The position numbers were made by a program, and so were the translations under genes. The notes below the pieces were generated by a model. The model saw nothing but the letters and a program-made list of their open reading frames with translations. It did no database searches and had not been told where the DNA came from. Source: Clostridia bacterium (lineage in GTDB: Bacteria; Bacillota; Clostridia; Oscillospirales; QAKW01). From it: a stretch of 64,000 nucleotides of DNA. Each line of letters begins with the position of its first letter. Position 1 is the stretch's first letter. The stretch spans positions 21,105 through 85,104 of the forward strand of contig JAGBEI010000018.1 of assembly GCA_017937065.1 (NCBI GenBank), in the 5' to 3' direction. Below are positions 44,305 through 52,488 of the stretch, piece by piece.

Positions 44305-46023
44305 ATGTTTTACAGGTGGGACCGTAACCCGCTGTCGCCTGTTTTCGCATTTATCGTTTTCGCGCTCATATCCGCAGTGTTACTTCTGCTTACAAGAAAG
44401 CTCTGGATTTACGGCGTATGCTTTGGTGCGCTGACAGTTATCGCCGGACTGGTGAACTGTATCAAGGTCGCTGCAAACGGCGACAACTTTACGCCGTGGG
44501 ACATTACGATGGCGGGAAAGCTCGGCAGTCTTGTGGGCTTTGCCAAAATAGACCTGCCGGAATTTACATTTGCGGGCATTGCGGCAATCGCGGTATTTAT
44601 CGTTATATTCGCGCTTTCAAAGGCACAGATACCCGTTCGGTGGTATATCCGCGTGCCGTGCGCCGCCGCGGTTTTTGCCGTATTTGTCATTTGCTACAAC
44701 ATGCCCGAGCTTACCGAAAAGATATTCCGTAAATTCGAAATGTCGTTTGAGGACAGTATTCTTCAGTCCACAAATTACAGCACCAACGGATTTGTAAGCG
44801 CTTTTACCATAAACTGCTTTTCCCTAAAGGTAGTGGAGCCGGGCGGGTACAGCGAGGCGAAAATCTCCGAGTATCTTGACGCTTATATTAAAGACGATAC
44901 CGCCGAAAACGGCGCTGTACAAAAGTCCGACAGCCCGGATATTATAGTATTGATGTCGGAGGCGTTTTTTGACGTAAGAACACTGAACGCAACGGAGTTT
45001 TCGGAAAATCCGCTGAAAAACTTTGACAGGATGTGCCAAAGTCAGAACGCATATTCGGGCAAGATGTACACAACGGCATTCGGCGGAGGAACCATCAGAA
45101 CCGAATTTGAAACGGTGACGGGACTCACGCTTGATTATCTTGCCAACGGAACAAGCCCCTATCTGTATATCACGCAGGACACCGAGACTTATGTCTCCGT
45201 CCTGAAAAAGCAGGGATATACAACAACGGGTATTCATCCGTATGACGGCTCGTTTTATATGCGGGAGGACGCATATCCGTATCTTGGCTTTGACAGCTTT
45301 ATAACCGAAGACGAGCTGCGCGACAAGGAGTACGCGACGCGCAGGCGCGGATTTCTGACAGACGATACACTCACAAATTCCATAATCGAAACGCTTGAAC
45401 AAAACAGCTCTTCTCCCAACTTCATCTATGCAATATCAATGGAAAATCACGGGTCATATGACAAGTCAGACCCTGACGAGCTTGTAATTGACGTGAAAAA
45501 CGACAGCTTAAGCGAGGATATGCTTGACAGGGTGACAACCTATACCCACGGTGTATATCTTACGGATTTGGCGCTTGGGAAGCTAATCGATTATATCGAC
45601 AATCGGGACAAGGAAACTATACTGCTGTTTTTCGGCGATCACCTGCCCACGCTGGGCGCAAGCTATGCGGCATATACACAGGCGGGAAATATAGACCTGT
45701 CCGACGGGCTAAGCTACGAAGAAAACAAATTTTTATACAGCACGCTGTTTGTCTACTATGCAAACTATAACGTCGATTACAGTATATTCGGCGGGTACCA
45801 TGATATCTCCTGCTATTATCTTTTGTCCTTTATGGCAAAAATCGCAGGCACTCAGACGACACCGTATATGGAGTATCTGCTTGACAATTTCAGGCATCTG
45901 CCGTTTTACAACAAACGGCTCGGTGCAGAGCTTGACAATACGGGTGCGGAATTTATGAATTCCATGCGGCTTATAACCTACGACAGAATTAAAGGCAAAA
46001 GATACTCAGTCACGGATAAATAA
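44305..46023 (+). CDS. LTA synthase family protein, paralogue 2 (the first canonical start is given; the conserved N-terminus extends upstream to about 44167)
   Basis: 572 aa from ATG 44305, with IIVLMSEAFFD, FGGGTIRTEFE and FGDHLP. The in-frame upstream 46 codons align with the paralogue 1 N-terminus but contain no ATG, GTG or TTG. Confidence 0.8.
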   Translation: MFYRWDRNPLSPVFAFIVFALISAVLLLLTRKLWIYGVCFGALTVIAGLVNCIKVAANGDNFTPWDITMAGKLGSLVGFAKIDLPEFTFAGIAAIAVFIVIFALSKAQIPVRWYIRVPCAAAVFAVFVICYNMPELTEKIFRKFEMSFEDSILQSTNYSTNGFVSAFTINCFSLKVVEPGGYSEAKISEYLDAYIKDDTAENGAVQKSDSPDIIVLMSEAFFDVRTLNATEFSENPLKNFDRMCQSQNAYSGKMYTTAFGGGTIRTEFETVTGLTLDYLANGTSPYLYITQDTETYVSVLKKQGYTTTGIHPYDGSFYMREDAYPYLGFDSFITEDELRDKEYATRRRGFLTDDTLTNSIIETLEQNSSSPNFIYAISMENHGSYDKSDPDELVIDVKNDSLSEDMLDRVTTYTHGVYLTDLALGKLIDYIDNRDKETILLFFGDHLPTLGASYAAYTQAGNIDLSDGLSYEENKFLYSTLFVYYANYNVDYSIFGGYHDISCYYLLSFMAKIAGTQTTPYMEYLLDNFRHLPFYNKRLGAELDNTGAEFMNSMRLITYDRIKGKRYSVTDK

Positions 46024-46025
46024 TA

Positions 46026-46060
46026 AAAAAGCTGTCATTTTAAATGACAGCTTTTATTTT
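46026..46060. terminator. Bidirectional terminator between the LtaS-like and gerQ-like genes
   Basis: A perfect palindromic hairpin, AAAGCTGTCATTT/AAATGACAGCTTT, is flanked by an A-run and a T-run. Confidence 0.7.
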
Positions 46061-46063
46061 GAG

Positions 46064-46507
46064 TTATACTCTTTTGAGAGTTGTTCTTGCAATCTGCTGA
46101 CCGCTGCTGTTGCTGCCGTTCACGGGAAGGAAGGTTACAAACTCTATCGCATAGAGGTTGCACACAACATAGGTGTCACTGCGGCTTTCATACAGAACAA
46201 TATAGCTCACGCCGACAAGGTACAAAACGCCTTCCTTTCGCACTATATTTGAAGAACCGACAAGAAAATCGACAATAACGCGGTTGCCTACATTATCGGC
46301 AAGTATCTGCTGAAGCGAGCCCTGATAGCCCCCGCCGATAGCCTCGTTTAAGTTATCCTGTTCCGCCGTCAGTCTGCCGCTGGGGCTTGTGCCCGGCTGC
46401 GGCTGCGGCATACCGCTGTTAAGACTGCCCGTTCCGTTAAGGCTGCCCGTTCCGTTCATACCCTCATTCAGCGGCAGGCGCTGAGAATGCATATCCTGTT
46501 CTGCCAT
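46064..46507 (-). CDS. gerQ: GerQ-like spore coat protein
   Basis: 147 aa. The N-terminus is Q/P/G-rich. The C-terminal block (NRVIVDFLVGSSNIVRKEGVLYLVGVSYIVLYESRSDTYVVCNLYAIEFVTF) resembles the GerQ/YwdL family. It is adjacent to a CwlJ/SleB-type hydrolase. Confidence 0.65.
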   Translation of the reverse strand: MAEQDMHSQRLPLNEGMNGTGSLNGTGSLNSGMPQPQPGTSPSGRLTAEQDNLNEAIGGGYQGSLQQILADNVGNRVIVDFLVGSSNIVRKEGVLYLVGVSYIVLYESRSDTYVVCNLYAIEFVTFLPVNGSNSSGQQIARTTLKRV

Positions 46508-46519
46508 AAAATTGTCCTC

Positions 46520-46957
46520 CTAAGTATAAAAGTATAAGTCTGTCGGATTGTAAAAACAATGCTGGCCGATAGTCGAGAAGAAGTATCCGACCTCAGACGG
46601 AAAAAACTGCCGGCACCCTGCCGAATACGGATTATAAAACCAAAGCGCCTGACCGAAGCCTGTCACACGCTGACCCGAAATTACCATATCGGCGATATCA
46701 AAATGCACCTGAGTCGGGTTCATATTATAAATATTCTGCGGATTGTAACGCCCGTTTTCCGTCTCGCTTGCACAGACAAACTGACCGGGCTGCATGATTA
46801 TTTTTCGGATGCTGCCCTGACCTACGCGGTTATATTCCCCCGCAGATACATGCACCCTGTTCATCACCACCCCGCCGACCGCCATCATTCCGTCAAACCC
46901 CTCACCGCCCGCCTCACATTGTATAAGTCTTGCCAGCAGTTCCCTGTCACTGTACAT
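46520..46957 (-). CDS. cwlJ: Cell wall hydrolase, CwlJ/SleB family (Hydrolase_2)
   Basis: 145 aa with LLARLIQCEAGGEGFDGMMAVGGVVMNRV and QPGQF, typical of spore cortex-lytic CwlJ/SleB catalytic domains. Confidence 0.85.
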   Translation of the reverse strand: MYSDRELLARLIQCEAGGEGFDGMMAVGGVVMNRVHVSAGEYNRVGQGSIRKIIMQPGQFVCASETENGRYNPQNIYNMNPTQVHFDIADMVISGQRVTGFGQALWFYNPYSAGCRQFFPSEVGYFFSTIGQHCFYNPTDLYFYT

Positions 46958-47051
46958 CTAACCACCTCTCGGAAAATTATATGCTATTTTATAGGTAAAA
47001 ATGACAAAGCCCCATGCAATGCAGCGTGATATTCTTAACGGAATTTTTATG

Positions 47052-47086
47052 AAAGAAACCGTCAACGATTTGTTGACGGTTTCTTT
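47052..47086 (-). terminator. Terminator downstream of the R-M pair
   Basis: The hairpin GAAACCGTCAAC-loop-GTTGACGGTTTC is followed on the minus strand by TTTCATAAAAA. Confidence 0.6.
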
Positions 47087-47163
47087 ACTATATAAAAGAG
47101 GGTTTGGCTTATGCCAAACTGCATTTGTAAATACAAAAGTGCGGATAATGCTTCATTTCAATC

Positions 47164-47907
47164 TTACTCGCCGCTATTAAACTTTATCAGAGTATTCCAA
47201 TCTATTGAACCATCTTCCCTGCAATACTTGATGGTAAATTCTCTTATCATACGATTTTGGGCTTTACTGTAAGCTTCCTCAAATTCCTTGACATATTCAT
47301 CCGGTCGGGTTCCCATAAACTCAATGATTTTTGTATAGAAATCCGCATCACCTGTAAGCCATTCCCAAAAATCCTTGCCGGCTAATTCAAGATAAAATTT
47401 CTCTTTGCCTGCCTTGGTCTTCTTTTTACCGTAACCATATCCAACGACCGGAAGATATGCTTTACGAGCCTGTTGTGCTCGTTTCTGTGCGGATTGGAAA
47501 TTCTGTTCCTGTCGTTTTCTGCTGTCAGCATTAAAAACAGATGTACCGCTTTTTACAGCGATACTGTAAATAGTGTTATTTTTATCAACCGTAATGTCAA
47601 CACCTTCTGTTACTGCCTTTTGACCGCCGGAAACAACTACTGCAATAGGTTCAAAAAAGCAGTTGCCGAAAACCGTTTCCTCGCTTGATGATATGTAAGC
47701 AGCAAGAATTCCATCCACAATCTGTCCGGCACTATTTATACCTTTTGCTCGGTAAAGATAAGGGTTTTTCCTTTTAAGAATTTTGTCAACATCAATGTTG
47801 TCAAGTGTTCTGGTAAGTGCGGTATAGAAATCTGTCAAAGCAGTACCGACCGCCTCAAAAACCGCTTTTTCATCATAGCTTATATTTAATGGTTCTATGT
47901 TTAACAT
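47164..47907 (-). CDS. Putative type II restriction endonuclease (partner of the adjacent C5-methyltransferase)
   Basis: 247 aa. It overlaps the 3' end of the methyltransferase gene by 7 nt and shares its low GC. A plausible PD-(D/E)xK-like core is GVDITVDK...YSIAVKSG. The family assignment was not verified. Confidence 0.6.
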   Translation of the reverse strand: MLNIEPLNISYDEKAVFEAVGTALTDFYTALTRTLDNIDVDKILKRKNPYLYRAKGINSAGQIVDGILAAYISSSEETVFGNCFFEPIAVVVSGGQKAVTEGVDITVDKNNTIYSIAVKSGTSVFNADSRKRQEQNFQSAQKRAQQARKAYLPVVGYGYGKKKTKAGKEKFYLELAGKDFWEWLTGDADFYTKIIEFMGTRPDEYVKEFEEAYSKAQNRMIREFTIKYCREDGSIDWNTLIKFNSGE

Positions 47908-49037
47908 TTGTCTGTTCCTCCAACACGGATGGCATTTTGAATTCTATCGTGAATGCCTGTTCCCCTAATTCGTTTGACAACGATTTCTTGTTCACCTTTT
48001 GCAACCGCAACCAATGTTTCACCGATTGCTCTTGCCAAACCAACCGGCACGGCATTGCCTATCTGTCTGTATTTATCAACCGTTGTTCCAATAAATCTCC
48101 AATCATCCGGAAACTGCTGAATACGTGCATATTCAGCCACGCTCAAAGGTCTGTCTTGGGTCGGATGACACATCATTGTTGCTTTTTGAACGGGACTTGT
48201 AACCACCGTAGGACTCGGCTGTGAATAAGATAAGCGGCGATAAAATCCAACTTTTCCGCCGCCGGAGGAATAAGCACCACCCATTGCATCCGGCAAAATA
48301 TCATGTGGCAGGCTTTTCCAGTTCCCGCCTTCAGGAACCATTTTCAAATACTGCAGTCTGCTATCGCTGAATGCAGCACATTCACCATCTGCAAATTCAA
48401 GGTCTTTTATCGCATCGCCAAGAGTAACCCAACGATACTTAGGATTTTGATGTATGCGAAAATGAGTGGGAGCAGGCAGAAAAATGTCCTCGTTATCTCT
48501 GCTGCCTATCATAACAAATCTTTCACGGAACTGCGGGACACCATAATTGACCGCATCCAAAACACCAAAAACGGTTTTGTAATTCAGTTTACAAAATTCA
48601 TTCAGAATAACATCCAACACCTTGGTGCCGGTATTGTTGCCGTTCTCATCCTTCAATGCGGAACTCATTAACCCCTTAACATTTTCCATAACAAAGAACC
48701 GTGGGCGAATTTCATCAATCATACGCATAAATTCTTTGAACAAACTACCCCTTGGGTCATTGATGCCTAATCGCTTACCGGCAGTAGAAAACGGTTGACA
48801 CGGAGGACCGCCGCAAATCAGAAACGGCTCGCCCGTTTTCATATTTACCTGTTCCAAAATTGACGCGGCGGATATATTGCGAATATCACCGGCAACACCC
48901 TTATATCCGTTTGCACACATAGTCCGGATACAGGAATTGTCAAAATCTTGACCTATTTGTATATCAATTCCTGCCTGCATTAAGCCCAAGTCAAGACCCA
49001 TTGCACCGGAAAATAAGGATATCGATCTCAATTCCAT
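47901..49037 (-). CDS. DNA (cytosine-5)-methyltransferase
   Basis: 378 aa. Motif I is LFSGAMGLDLG, motif IV GGPPCQPFS, motif VI ENVKGL, motif VIII QFRERF and motif X GNAVPV. Confidence 0.96.
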   Translation of the reverse strand: MELRSISLFSGAMGLDLGLMQAGIDIQIGQDFDNSCIRTMCANGYKGVAGDIRNISAASILEQVNMKTGEPFLICGGPPCQPFSTAGKRLGINDPRGSLFKEFMRMIDEIRPRFFVMENVKGLMSSALKDENGNNTGTKVLDVILNEFCKLNYKTVFGVLDAVNYGVPQFRERFVMIGSRDNEDIFLPAPTHFRIHQNPKYRWVTLGDAIKDLEFADGECAAFSDSRLQYLKMVPEGGNWKSLPHDILPDAMGGAYSSGGGKVGFYRRLSYSQPSPTVVTSPVQKATMMCHPTQDRPLSVAEYARIQQFPDDWRFIGTTVDKYRQIGNAVPVGLARAIGETLVAVAKGEQEIVVKRIRGTGIHDRIQNAIRVGGTDKC

Positions 49038-49062
49038 ATATACCTCTTAAATCTTTTTTATA

Positions 49063-49091
49063 ATTATATCATAATACTGATGTCTATTCAA
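49063..49091 (-). promoter_or_regulatory. Putative promoter of the R-M operon (TTGAAT-17 nt-TATAAT)
   Basis: On the minus strand, -35 is at 49086-49091 and -10 at 49063-49068. An AAGAGG RBS precedes the ATG at 49037. Confidence 0.5.
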
Positions 49092-49151
49092 GAATTTTGA
49101 GTATTTTAACTGTTTCAACAGTGTTATATAAAATAGCACTATAATTATCTC

Positions 49152-49189
49152 AATAAAAATACAGAAGGCTACTTTTCGTAGCCTTCTGT
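49152..49189 (-). terminator. Rho-independent terminator after the SLH protein gene
   Basis: On the minus strand, CAGAAGGCUAC-loop-GUAGCCUUCUG is followed by UAUUUUUAUU. Confidence 0.7.
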
Positions 49190-49267
49190 CTAATCTCCGT
49201 TAAGAGCATTACGTTATTTTGACGGGACTTTTTAATATACTTTTAAAGTTAAAGGAAACAGGTTATA

Positions 49268-49933
49268 TCAGGATACTTTCTCGCCGGCATCCGCTTCCTG
49301 ATGAGGACGGAGCAGCTTTATAAGATTTGTATTATACACAATCTGTGCAAATTCGGCGCGCGTAGTCTCTCCCTTGGGGTCAAACGTGTTGTCATCTCTG
49401 CCGTTGACTATCCCGCCGCGCTGCATGCGCAGCACCGCTTCCTTTGCCCATTTTCCGATTTTGTCCTCGTCGGCAAAGCGCTCAACCTCGGTATTGCGCG
49501 TTGACAGACCGCAGAAATCAAAGAAATTGGAAAGCATAACGCAAATCTGCTCACGGGACATATATTCGTCGGGATTAAACTCCGTATCGGTCATACCGTG
49601 GATAATCCCGTTTTGCTTTGCCCATGCAACATGCACGCCGTAGTATCTTTTCATATCCACATCGGTAAACGGTGCGTCCTTGAACGCGCTTGTATCCGCG
49701 CCGTAAGTGCGGGACAGAATAGTCACCGCCATGCCGCGGGTAAGATTGTCACGCGGAGCAAAGGTTTTATCCGCAACACCCGTCATGACACTGTTTGTAC
49801 TGACATAGTTTACAGCCTCGTAAAACCACTCCGACGGCGAAACGTCCGTATACTCCGTGCTCTGCGCCTGCACGGGCAGAGCGGAAATCAGCAGCACTGC
49901 CGCCAGCAAAACGCCGATAAGCTTTTTCTTCAT
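49268..49933 (-). CDS. Secreted protein consisting of three S-layer homology (SLH) repeats
   Basis: A signal peptide (MKKKLIGVLLAAVLLISALPVQA) is followed by three SLH-like repeats (WFYEAVNYV..., YYGVHVAWAKQNGI..., WAKEAVLRMQRGGIV...). The start is taken as ATG 49933, downstream of AAAGGATG. Confidence 0.85.
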   Translation of the reverse strand: MKKKLIGVLLAAVLLISALPVQAQSTEYTDVSPSEWFYEAVNYVSTNSVMTGVADKTFAPRDNLTRGMAVTILSRTYGADTSAFKDAPFTDVDMKRYYGVHVAWAKQNGIIHGMTDTEFNPDEYMSREQICVMLSNFFDFCGLSTRNTEVERFADEDKIGKWAKEAVLRMQRGGIVNGRDDNTFDPKGETTRAEFAQIVYNTNLIKLLRPHQEADAGEKVS

Positions 49934-50045
49934 AATATAACATCCTTTGCATATTGAAAAATAGGATGTGCGCAAAAATGCGCGCATATAAATTTCGCAT
50001 TAATTTATTATAAAGTATACTATGAAAAAATGCGATTGTCAAATC

Positions 50046-52454
50046 TTATATTTTCCTGAGCTTCCAAATACGCTCGGCGTATTCCGACACCGCGCGGTCG
50101 GAGGAGAAAACGCCCGCTTTGGCGATGTTGACAAGGGACATTTTGTTCCATATATCCCGATTGCCGTAGGTTTTATCCGCACGCAGCTGCGCATCCTTAT
50201 AGCTTTCAAAGTCCGCCAGCGTCATATACGGGTCGGAGTCCTTGAGATAGTGGACAATGCTGTCAAAGTTCTTGCCGCCAAGCCCGCCGTCCGACACGAA
50301 TTTCAGTATATCGCAAAGCTGAGAATTTGAGTTTAACACATCTGAGGGACGGTAGGAGGCGCGGCGTGCATTGACCTCGTCGGTGTGCATACCGAACAGG
50401 AAGATGTTGTCGTCTCCCACCTGCTCGTGTATCTCGACGTTGGCGCCGTCCAGCGTGCCTATGGTTATCGCGCCGTTTATCATAAACTTCATATTGCCCG
50501 TGCCGGACGCTTCCTTGCCTGCAAGCGAAATCTGCTCGGACAGCTCTGCCGCCGGCATCATGATTTCCGCAAGCGAAACACGGTAATCGGGCAAAAATAC
50601 CGCCTTTAAAAATCCGTTTGTCTGCGTATCGCTGTTTACAGTATCCGCAACGGCGCAGATAAAGCGTATAATCTCCTTTGCCATAACATAGCCTGAGGAC
50701 GCCTTCGCGCCGAAAATAAAGGTATGTGGGGTTATGCTTATCTCGTTGCTTTTGAGCTTTCTGTAAAGGTAAAGTATATACAGCGCGCAGAGGAGCTGCC
50801 GCTTATACTCGTGCAGGCGCTTTGCCTGGATATCGAAAATCGAGTCGGGCGACACCGATATACCGCAGCTTTTGCCGATATATCCCGCCAGCCTGCGCTT
50901 GTTTTCAAGCTTGATTTCGGACAGGCGGTTTAACACGCTGTTATCGTCCTTGAACTGCAAAAACTTTTCAAGCTGCATTGAGTCCTTTATAAATCCGTCG
51001 CCTATCGTCTCGCACAGAAGCTCTGTCAGCTTCGGGTTGGACTGGCAAAGCCAGCGGCGGTGCACTATTCCGTTGGTGACGTTTGTCAGCCTGCCGGGGA
51101 AAATATCATTGTAATCCCGAAAGAGGTCGTTTTTCAGTATCTCGCTGTGAAGCGCCGAAACGCCGTTCACACAAAAGCTGCACGCCACGCAGAGGTTTGC
51201 CATTTTGACCATGCCGCGGGATATAATCGCAATATTGTCAATACACGCGCGCTTTTCGGGGTGGTTTACATACACATCCTCGCAGAAGCGGCGGTTTATC
51301 TCCTTGACAATGGAATAAATGCGCGGAAGTATCGACTTGAACATCGCAACGCTCCACTGCTCCAGCGCCTCGCTCATGACTGTGTGATTGGTATACGCAA
51401 GCGTCTTTGTGCAGATGCTCCAGGCGCCGTCCCACGAATAGCCGTGCTCATCCATCAAAATGCGCATAAGCTCGGGAATAGACAGCGCCGGATGGGTATC
51501 ATTGATATGAATTACGACCTTTTCGGCAAGATTGTCAAGCGTATCATACTGCGCAAGGTGCTCTTTGACGATATTTTTCAGTGAAGCGCTCACAAAGAAA
51601 TACTGCTGGCGAAGACGCAGGCGCTTGCCTGTATCGTGGTCGTCTGCCGGATACAGAACCTTTGATATCGCTTCGCTCTGAGCCTCGTTTTCCACGCTTT
51701 TGAGATATTCGCCGCGCGAGAAAAGCGACATATCGAAATTGTCAAGGCTTTTGGCGCCCCATATACGCAGCTTATTGACTATGTCTCCGTTTCCCGAAAT
51801 GAGTATATCATACGGCACGGCAAGCACGCGGGTGTAGTCCTTGTGCACCGTTTTAAGCCCGTTGTCGCTCCAGTTCTCCTCCACATACCCGTCAAAGTAG
51901 ACCTCCTCGCTCTCGTCGGGGCGCGGGACAAGCCAGGCGCCGCCCAGCTCCAGCCAGTTGTCGGGATACTCCACCTGCCAGCCGTCCATAATAACCTGCT
52001 TGAATATCCCGAATTCATAGCGTATCGAAAAGCCCGTTGCGGGATAGTTAAGCCCTGTCAGCGAATCAAGATAGCAGGAGGCAAGACGGCCCAGACCGCC
52101 GTTGCCGAGCCCCGCGTCAGGCTCCATATCGTACAGTCTTTCAAGGTCGCCGCCCAGCTCTGAAAGCGCGTCACGCATCTGCGCCTCTATTCCGAGATTG
52201 TAAAGGTTGTTTTTCAGCGAGCGTCCGATTAAAAACTCCATCGACATGTAATAAACCTTTTTGGCGTTTTGCTCCTTCTCCCGCTGTGCGCTCTGCGCGC
52301 GTTTTTTCTGAAGAATACCGCGCGTAATGCCGACTGCCGCCTCGTAAAGCTGGCGGTCGGTCGCCTCCTCTGCCGACACGGCAAAGCGCTCTGTCAGCTC
52401 GTCGATTATCTGCTGTTTGAAATCCAAATTTTTTCTCTCCTTTACAAGTAACAC
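50046..52454 (-). CDS. glgP: Glycogen/maltodextrin phosphorylase (GT35)
   Basis: 802 aa. The PLP-lysine region is EASGTGNMKFMINGA, with LGNGGLGRLA. The track start is GTG at 52454; a TTG at 52427 follows AAGGAG and may be the real start. Confidence 0.96.
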   Translation of the reverse strand: MLLVKERKNLDFKQQIIDELTERFAVSAEEATDRQLYEAAVGITRGILQKKRAQSAQREKEQNAKKVYYMSMEFLIGRSLKNNLYNLGIEAQMRDALSELGGDLERLYDMEPDAGLGNGGLGRLASCYLDSLTGLNYPATGFSIRYEFGIFKQVIMDGWQVEYPDNWLELGGAWLVPRPDESEEVYFDGYVEENWSDNGLKTVHKDYTRVLAVPYDILISGNGDIVNKLRIWGAKSLDNFDMSLFSRGEYLKSVENEAQSEAISKVLYPADDHDTGKRLRLRQQYFFVSASLKNIVKEHLAQYDTLDNLAEKVVIHINDTHPALSIPELMRILMDEHGYSWDGAWSICTKTLAYTNHTVMSEALEQWSVAMFKSILPRIYSIVKEINRRFCEDVYVNHPEKRACIDNIAIISRGMVKMANLCVACSFCVNGVSALHSEILKNDLFRDYNDIFPGRLTNVTNGIVHRRWLCQSNPKLTELLCETIGDGFIKDSMQLEKFLQFKDDNSVLNRLSEIKLENKRRLAGYIGKSCGISVSPDSIFDIQAKRLHEYKRQLLCALYILYLYRKLKSNEISITPHTFIFGAKASSGYVMAKEIIRFICAVADTVNSDTQTNGFLKAVFLPDYRVSLAEIMMPAAELSEQISLAGKEASGTGNMKFMINGAITIGTLDGANVEIHEQVGDDNIFLFGMHTDEVNARRASYRPSDVLNSNSQLCDILKFVSDGGLGGKNFDSIVHYLKDSDPYMTLADFESYKDAQLRADKTYGNRDIWNKMSLVNIAKAGVFSSDRAVSEYAERIWKLRKI

Positions 52455-52488
52455 GTGTCAGACCGCAAGGTCTGCTTCTGATATCATT

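Larger units (their letters stand above)
47040..49260. other. Low-GC islet carrying a type II restriction-modification pair
   Basis: By eye, GC falls from the mid/high 50s % in flanking genes to about 40% across this block. The block is delimited by terminator hairpins at 47052-47086 and 49152-49189. No integrase or transposase is present. Confidence 0.7.

Noticed and set aside
44089-44305. LtaS paralogue 2 as a frameshifted pseudogene
   Set aside because: The homologous N-terminal region is in the same frame as the rest of the gene, with no internal stop. Only the initiation codon is non-canonical.
47040-49260. Prophage or integrative element carrying the R-M pair
   Set aside because: No integrase, recombinase, transposase, tRNA target or recognisable flanking direct repeats occur in or next to the low-GC block. 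It is treated only as a compositional islet.
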